This document shows positions 57,201 to 64,000 of a stretch of DNA of 64,000 nucleotides, piece by piece. How positions within the stretch are numbered: the stretch's first letter is position 1; every line of letters starts with the position of its first letter. The position numbers and the translations under genes are program-made. The notes under the pieces were generated by a model that ran no database searches, was not told where the DNA came from, and saw only the letters and a program-made list of their open reading frames with translations. Source of the stretch: Haplodiscus bocki (lineage: Eukaryota); NCBI GenBank assembly GCA_965655095.1, contig OZ296648.1:78244001-78308000 (forward strand). Reading direction: 5' to 3'.

Positions 57201-60200
57201 TTTGATGATTCTTGACCAATGCGGTGACAAATTGATGGAATTGTTCGCCAAAGTTTCCACTTCCATTCCACTATCAAGCAATTGCTTTGGCAGCTGATAA
57301 AGATGGGTTCTACGACATGGCAAAGGTAAAAAGCCGCCGTTCAAATTGGCATACGAGGCAGCGAAATCAAAAGCACTAGCCCATAACCAAAAACTTTTGT
57401 TGGGGTCAGCCTTTTATCGAAACTTGGAGACAGTTTTCAAAACAGTCAAAGGAAAGCACGCGAATACAATTGTGGTTCTGAACCCTGACCCACGGGATAG
57501 GATGTAAGTGCCCACACTTTTGCCAGAAAAGTGCTCCTACTTACTGGTATCAAAGTTGGTGACATCAAATTATCTGAGAGAGAAGGTGAACATATCAACA
57601 CGGCCGATCCAAAAGAATAAAGAATAAAGCATTGCGTTAGCTCACATTCCAAGAAGAGCTCTTGATTTTTTTTATTTGGATAGTTCGTTTATGGAGGAAC
57701 TGTATCTAATTTTTTTTCTATCGATGTTTTTCATTTTTCAAAACTCTCTAGATGAGCACAAAAATGATCCTCAAACGTGTAACCAGAATCCCAGACTCTC
57801 AGACTAGTTCATCCTACGCTCTCTTAAACCGGCTCTGAATAACTCAGTGATATGTTTAACTGGAATGTTTTTAATAAGTTTGATACAACTTCCAAATCAA
57901 AGGCTTTTAGAAAATTTCCACAGGTAATGTTAAGGTGCCTTTCGAAACGGTCCTTTTTCGATAGCGATTTTTTAACGGTGTTTCGGGCAGCACATTTGTA
58001 CGGTACTTTTTCGACGCGAAATTCGATACGATGTTTTTTGGAAAGCAATTTTTTAACAGTGTTTTGGACAGCACTTTTAAACGGTACATTTTTGATAGAA
58101 TTTTTTAACAGTCTTTCGAGCAGCACTTTTGTACGACAACTTTTCGTCGAGCAATTCGATACGGCCTTTTTCCATGGCGTTTATTGACGGTGATAAGGGC
58201 AGCACTTTTGTTTGACACTTTTTGACGACAATTTTGATACGGTTTATTTTCGAAAATGGTCTTTTAACGGTGTTTAAGGAAACACTTTTATGCTGTAGCT
58301 CTTTGACAGGCATTTCGATACGGTCCTTTTTTGATAGCGGCTTTCTATGTGTGTTTCGGGCAGCACTTCTGTACGGTACTTTTTCGACAAACTTTGTCAG
58401 AGACAAAGAACAAAATACTGCAAAGCTGACGGAGAAAACAAGCAAGAGCCCAGAAAAAAAACAATCACAGTCGCTAGATGTTCGTACATTACCGCTGCGT
58501 TTGTTTAAAAGCTCAAACAGAGAAGGCCAGCAAGGAGCTTCCTCACCTGAACCATAGTTTAAAGTACCAGTATCAGAATCAGAATTCTTTCTTGAACTTT
58601 CGACCTGCTCCTCTTTGGCATCAATCAAAATGTTCCGTGGCCTAAGTTGGAATCGTCAATCGTATTTTTCTCAAAATCCGCTGAATCCTGCAACTCACTT
58701 TCTGATTAGATACGTTGATTAAACCCAGAGTCTGGCGGTGAAAAATTTTCAACTGAATATGAAGACAAAGGCTTAAATTCATCAATTCCGATGAAATCTA
58801 CCGTTACAAAAAATGCGTTAAAGGAGGCATTCTTGCTGGTGGTGGGACATTAAAGCCTTTGATGATTCTTGAACAATTCGGGGACAAAAAGATGGAATTG
58901 TCCGTCAAAGTTTCCACTTCCAGTCCGCTATCAAGCAATTGCTTTGGCAACTGATGAAGATGGGCTCTACGACACTGCTGAAGTTATAAAACCGCCGCTC
59001 AATTAGGCATACGAGGCAGCGAAATCAAAAGCACTAGCCCATAACCAAAAACTTTTGTTGGGGTCAGCCTTTTATCGAAACTTGGAGACAGTTTTCAAAA
59101 CAGTCAAAGGAAAGCACGCGAATACAATTGTGGTTATGAACCCTGCACCCACGGGATAGGATGTAAGTGCCCACACTTTTGCCAGAAAAGTGCTCCTACT
59201 TACTGGTATCAAAGTTGGTGACATCAAATTATCTGAGAGAGAAGGTGAACATATCAACACGGCCGATCCAAAAGAATAAAGAATAAAGCATTGCGTTAGC
59301 TCACATTCCAAGAAGAGCTCTTGATTTTTTTTATTTGGATAGTTCGTTTATGGAGGAACTGTATCTAATTTTTTTTCTATCGATGTTTTTCATTTTTCAA
59401 AACTCTCTAGATGAGCACAAAAATGATCCTCAAACGTGTAACCAGAATCGCAGACTCTCAGACTAGTTCATCCTACGCTCTCTTAAACCGGCTCTGAATA
59501 ACTCAGTGATATGTTTAACTGGAATGTTTTTAATAAGTTTGATACAACTTCCAAATCAAAGGCTTTTAGAAAAATTCCACAGGTAATGTTAAGGTGCCTT
59601 TCGAAACGGTCCTTTTTCGATAGCGATTTTTTAACGGTGTTTCGGGCAGCACATTTGTACGGTACTTTTTCGACGCGAAATTCGATACGATGTTTTTTGG
59701 AAAGCAATTTTTTAACAGTGTTTTGGACAGCACTTTTGAACGGTACATTTTTGATAGAAATTTTTAACAGTCTTTCGACCAGCACTTTTGTACGACAACT
59801 TTTCGTCGAGCAATTCGATACGGCCTTTTTCCATGGCGTTTATTGACGGTGATATGGGCAGCACTTTTGTATGACACTTTTTGACGACAATTTTGATACG
59901 GTTTTTTTTCGAAAATGGTCTTTTAAAGGTGTTTAAGGAAACACATTCATGCTGTACCTCTTTGACAGGCATTTCGATACGGTCCTTTTTTGATAGCGGC
60001 TTTCTATGTGTGTTTCGGGCAGCACTTCTGTACGGTACTTTTTCGACAAACTTTGTCAGAGACAAAGAACAAAATACTGCAAAACTGACGGATAAAACAA
60101 GCAAGAGCCCAGAAAAAAAAACAATCACAGTCGCTAGATGTTCGTACATTACCGCTGCGTTTGTTTAAAAGCTCAAACAGAGAAGGCAAGCAAGGAGCTT

Positions 60201-61605
60201 CCTCACTTGAACCATAGTTTAAAGTACCAGTATCAGAATCAAATTTCTTTCTTGAACCTTCGACCTGCTCCTCTTTGGCATCAACCAAAATGTTCCGTGG
60301 CCTAAGTTGGAATCGTCAATCGTATTTTTCTCAAAATCCGCTGAATCCTGCAACTCACTTTCTGATTAGATACGTTGATTAAACCCAGAGTCTGGCGGTG
60401 AAAAACTTTCAACTGAATTTGAAGACAAAGGCTTAAATTCATCAATTCCGATGAAATCTACCGTTACAAAAATTGCGTTAAAGGAGGCATTCTTGCTGGT
60501 GGTGGGACATTAAAGCCTTTGATGATTCTTGAACAATTCGGGGACAAAAAGATGGAATTGTCCGTCAAAGTTTCCACTTCCAGTCCAATATCAAGCAATT
60601 GCTTTGGCAACTGATGAAGATGGGTTCTACGACACTGCTGAAGTTATAAAACCGCCGCTCAATTAGGCGTAGGAGGCAGCGAAGTCACAGGCACTAGCCC
60701 ATGTCATAGGATTTTTGTTGGGGTCAGCCTTATGTCGCAACTTGGAGACCGCTTGCAAAATTGTAAAAGGAAAGCACGCGAGTACAAATGTGGTTCTGAA
60801 TCCTGCACCCACGGGATATGATGTACATGCCCACACCTTTGCCAGAAAAGTGCTCCTACTCACTGGTATCAAAGACTGTGACATGGAAATATCTGGGAGA
60901 GAAGACGACCATATCAATACGGTCGATCCAAAAGAATAAAGCATTGCGTTAGCTCACATTCCAAGAAAAGCTCTTGATATTTTTTATTTGGATGTTTCGT
61001 TTATGGAGGAAATATACCGAATTTTTTTTCTTTTGATGTTTTTCATCTTTCAAAACTCTTTAAATGATCGCAAAAGTCATCCTCAAACGTGCATCCAGAA
61101 CCACAGACTCTCACACTAGTTCATCTTACGGTCTCTTAAACCGGCTCTGAATAACTAAGTGATATGATTAACGGGAATGTTTTTAATTAGTTTGATACAA
61201 CTTCTAAATCGAAAGTCTTTCAGAAAAATTTCCACAGTTAATGTTGAGGAGCCTTTACATACGGTCCGTTTTGATAGCAACTTTTAACGGTGTTTCGGGC
61301 AGCACGTTTGTACGGTTCTCTTTCGACGCAGAATTCAATACGGTCATTTTCCAAGGCGATTTATTAACGGTGGTTTGGGCAGCACTTTTGTACGAAGGTT
61401 TTTAACGAGCATTTTGATACGGTTTATTTTCGAAACTCGTTTTTTAACTGTGCTTAAGGAAGCACTTTCGTGCGATACATCATTGACAGGCATATCGATA
61501 CTGTTTTTTCGATAGCGATATTTTAACAGTGTTCTGGGCAGCGCTATTGTACGGCACTTTTTCGACAAACTTTTCCAGAGGCAAAGAACAATAAACTGCA
61601 AAAAT

Positions 61606-64000
61606 TACTACACCAGAGAATCAGTGTCAGAAGAAAACAAGGAGCAAACAAACGTAACTGTAATCAAACCTCAAAAAAAGTTATATTGAGAAAAAACATT
61701 AAAGACCCAGAATGATCGCAAAAAAAACATTACGATACCACTGATTTCAGGAAAAACTTAAATGTAAAGCTTTTTGGATGCAACCAAAACAAACTAGCTG
61801 TTCAAAGAAAGTAGAGTGTGTAATACTTTCCCAGATCCATAAAATAAACACCGACATCACTTGAAGTTTCCCAGAGAACAAAGCCGTTGCGGCAAGTAAC
61901 ATCAACGAGATTGCCATCAAAAACTTCAACGGTTTTAACGAGACTTTTTCCCGAGTTTTCCAAGACTCCCTCTCGAGTTGGTTGCCTTGACATCAACTCG
62001 GTTGCCTTTGCTTTCGAGAATTTTTCCGAAACCGGAATTTTTCATCAGTTTGTAGAATGACTCTTGAAGTTTTTTTTGTACATTTTGAACGCATTTCGGT
62101 AATCAAAGTTATGTACGGTTCCATTCATATTTCTTGTTTAAGTTTCAAGATACGGTGAACTTGAGAAACATGCATTCCGGGGTTTAAATACATGTTCAAT
62201 TTGATGTAAAGTACATTATATTTCTTTTTCTGATTCAGCGTTTGAAAACGTTTTTTGACGGACACTCGCTTATTTGCCCATGTTTTTACAGAAGGAACAA
62301 CTGGAAACAAGAGAGCATTTCTTCATCAATTGTCTATTTTCTCAGGGCTAAAGTAAACTCTTTGTACAATTTTTGCAGAGAATCGGGATACTCTAAAGCG
62401 ACGCCGAGGATAAAGCTAAGGGGAGAATCATTTGAGGTGTTCAAGTCTATGCCCAAAGATAGTTCGTTAGCTAATTCAAAATATCTCAACGGTATAGGAA
62501 ACTTCTCAATGACACCAGCATATAAGTTGTTAGCGTCTACCATGAGACCAAAAGTTTAAGCTTTCATTTCGTAAAAAGTTGCAAGCAAATCATTATTCAT
62601 TGTGGCCAGACGTTTGGAAAAAACAGAAGAAACTCCGACCCTGATCAAACTTTCTGCAGTTTCTGGATGTTCTTGATCTGTAATAAGCTACACAGAAGCA
62701 TTACTAACTTCAACAAATGCATCGCCAGCGAGATGAGAAAAATTTTAATAAGGTCCACTGTCTAATCCATAAGTTGAAATGGTCATTTTGCGGAAAGATT
62801 CAAAAACACAAACCAACAAGAGGGCATCTGTCGAGAGGTAGAGTTAATGATAGTCTCCGAGGTTTCCACATTTAAACGTGTCGAACACTTTTTGCGCGTG
62901 AAGCAAATTGTCTGAGTTGATAAACACTTGTCCTCCGTGCAGAAAACTAGTCCAGTATTGGAGATTAGGCATTCGCGTTTCCAAAAACTTTTCATGAGTC
63001 CCGAAATAACTGTAAGGGTAGAAACATTTTTGATAAACAAGTTTTTGGTCAGATTTATTGTGACCGGAGAAAAATTTATCCAAAATGTTGAAAACTCCTC
63101 TAGCTAGGAAGCTAACTAACTTATCGTGCGATAAAGTCATCAACCGTTAGGAGTCGACGAACCTCAGGTTTTCGGATATATTTTTTTGACACCTCGACAA
63201 TCGACATAGCCTACAACAATCGCTCCTACAGATGGCGCTAAAAACGTCTCACCAGTCACAGGGATGACTTGAACTTCGGAATCGTCTGAAAATAGAATTA
63301 AATTTTTGCAGACATGGTGAAGATCATAGTTCGACAAATTGTGAGCTAACACCGGGACATAAACAACTGTCCTGTTTTTCAAGTTGCATTTGCTACGGGC
63401 ATAGCCCAAAAAAATGCCGGTGGAACGACAGTGGTCCAAAACTTTGTGGGTACCTGCCGATGGAAGCTCACGCAGCCAGCACCGTCATTTATCGACCGAT
63501 GGATTAGAACTCATGAAGTCTCTATGCTGTTGTCGTTTCTGGCAGTTATCTTTAGCGTGTTTTTCCAGAACTTCTACAAATGCTTCCATACAGTTTTCCG
63601 ATCGCTCAATCTGAACGAGCGCTGGTTTTGGATTGTCGATTTCAAAAACTACACGCCTGGTGAACCTCGATAACCTCTGATAAGCTATAGGTGACGTTGT
63701 TTTAACAAGAGTCAACAGCCTTCATCACGGATTCAAAATCAAAGTAAATCACGATAGGCCCAAACCATTTCAATTGATATTTGCTGATATTCAGGACTTT
63801 TTTAATCGTTCGCCATTTTAATTGTAGCAGCTTCAAGTCTGAAACATCTTGCAATATAGTGGTGGTAAAACTCCTCGCATCAGCAAATGCGAAAACAGTT
63901 GCGGCAGGTTCGACTGATGGAGCCTGGAATTTGCTGTCTAACACTAGTAACAAGAAATTTGAGATCCTCAAGGAAACCATAATGATGAATTTCTCCCTCA
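61606..64000 (-). pseudogene. Degraded protein-primed family B DNA polymerase (pPolB), Polinton/Maverick type
   Basis: Motifs occur in the correct order across frameshifts and stops: VIYFDFES (ExoI, ~63730-63755), DHCxxTGxFxGxAxxKCNL (~63380-63436), HNLSNYDLH (ExoII, ~63320-63345), KCFYPYSYF, FDTFKCGNLGDYH*LYLSTD (ExoIII, ~62825-62885), DANNLY (Pol A, ~62520-62537), LEYP, KKKY..VHRILK, FYKLMKNSGFGK (Pol B, ~62022-62058), SDTDSLV (Pol C, ~61611-61631). Confidence 0.92.
61606..64000 (-). mobile_element. Polinton/Maverick (adintovirus-like) element relic, extends beyond the right edge
   Basis: The pPolB motif set including the DHC...CNL insert is typical of Polinton-like polymerases. No TIR, integrase, ATPase, protease or capsid gene is visible in this window. 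Confidence 0.8.

Larger units (their letters stand above)
578..61067 (+). pseudogene. Family of 37 tandem uS5-like gene copies, one per unit, mostly disrupted
   Basis: The 74-130 aa + strand ORFs containing LGSAL..NLETV...PAPTG...GIKD (e.g. 710, 4002, 5685, 7291, 18968, 22177, 27144, 37183, 45617, 50667, 60715) are the stop-free C-terminal part of this frame in successive units. Confidence 0.75.
1..61605. repeat. Head-to-tail macrosatellite, ~1.60-1.69 kb unit, 37 copies visible, open at the left window edge
   Basis: The same landmark (ttCTAcg in gggttctacg) recurs at about 622, 2308, 3914, 5597, 7203, 8888, 10493, 12179, 13865, 15550, 17232, 18913, 20517, 22122, 23725, 25407, 27089, 28693, 30377, 32053, 33736, 35410, 37092, 38779, 40470, 42161, 43845, 45529, 47213, 48896, 50579, 52262, 53945, 55628, 57309, 58967 and 60627. 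All copies have the same orientation, and the ORF translations repeat at the same period. Confidence 0.98.

Noticed and set aside
57048-57344. - strand 77-98 aa ORFs (LDSGLEVE...FNQRI) seen in a few units
   Set aside because: Present only sporadically, without a stable start, and antisense to the inferred uS5 N-terminal region. No homology recognised.
62242-63673. + strand ORFs 62242-62559, 63414-63614 and 63431-63673
   Set aside because: Antisense shadows of the pPolB pseudogene, whose motifs are all on the - strand.

Overview
AT-rich, probably eukaryotic repetitive DNA with two parts. (1) Positions 1 to ~61605 are one head-to-tail tandem array of a ~1.6-1.69 kb unit: 37 countable copies, continuing off the left edge. 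Nearly all ORFs in the supplied track are repeated translations of this unit. Each unit has a ~450-500 bp minisatellite block (80/81-bp monomers built from three ~27-bp ACGGT-anchored subunits) and a ~1.15 kb unique segment. On the + strand the unique segment carries a strongly diverged, apparently intronless homologue of ribosomal protein uS5 (eukaryotic RPS2/archaeal S5 type). I recognised it by hand alignment to remembered uS5 sequences (RYQALVxxxDxxG...AxxxAxxKA...TVxxxV...VxLxPAPxG...RKVLxLxGIKDC...GxxxxxxNxA). Most copies have shared nonsense codons; three are open across the core. (2) ~61606-64000 is a frameshifted, stop-ridden protein-primed family B DNA polymerase of Polinton/Maverick (adintovirus-like) type on the - strand, cut off just after its DTDS motif exactly where the array ends. 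Best candidate novelty: a macrosatellite built from a divergent ribosomal-protein gene plus a hierarchical minisatellite, directly joined to a Polinton polymerase relic. No database searches were run.
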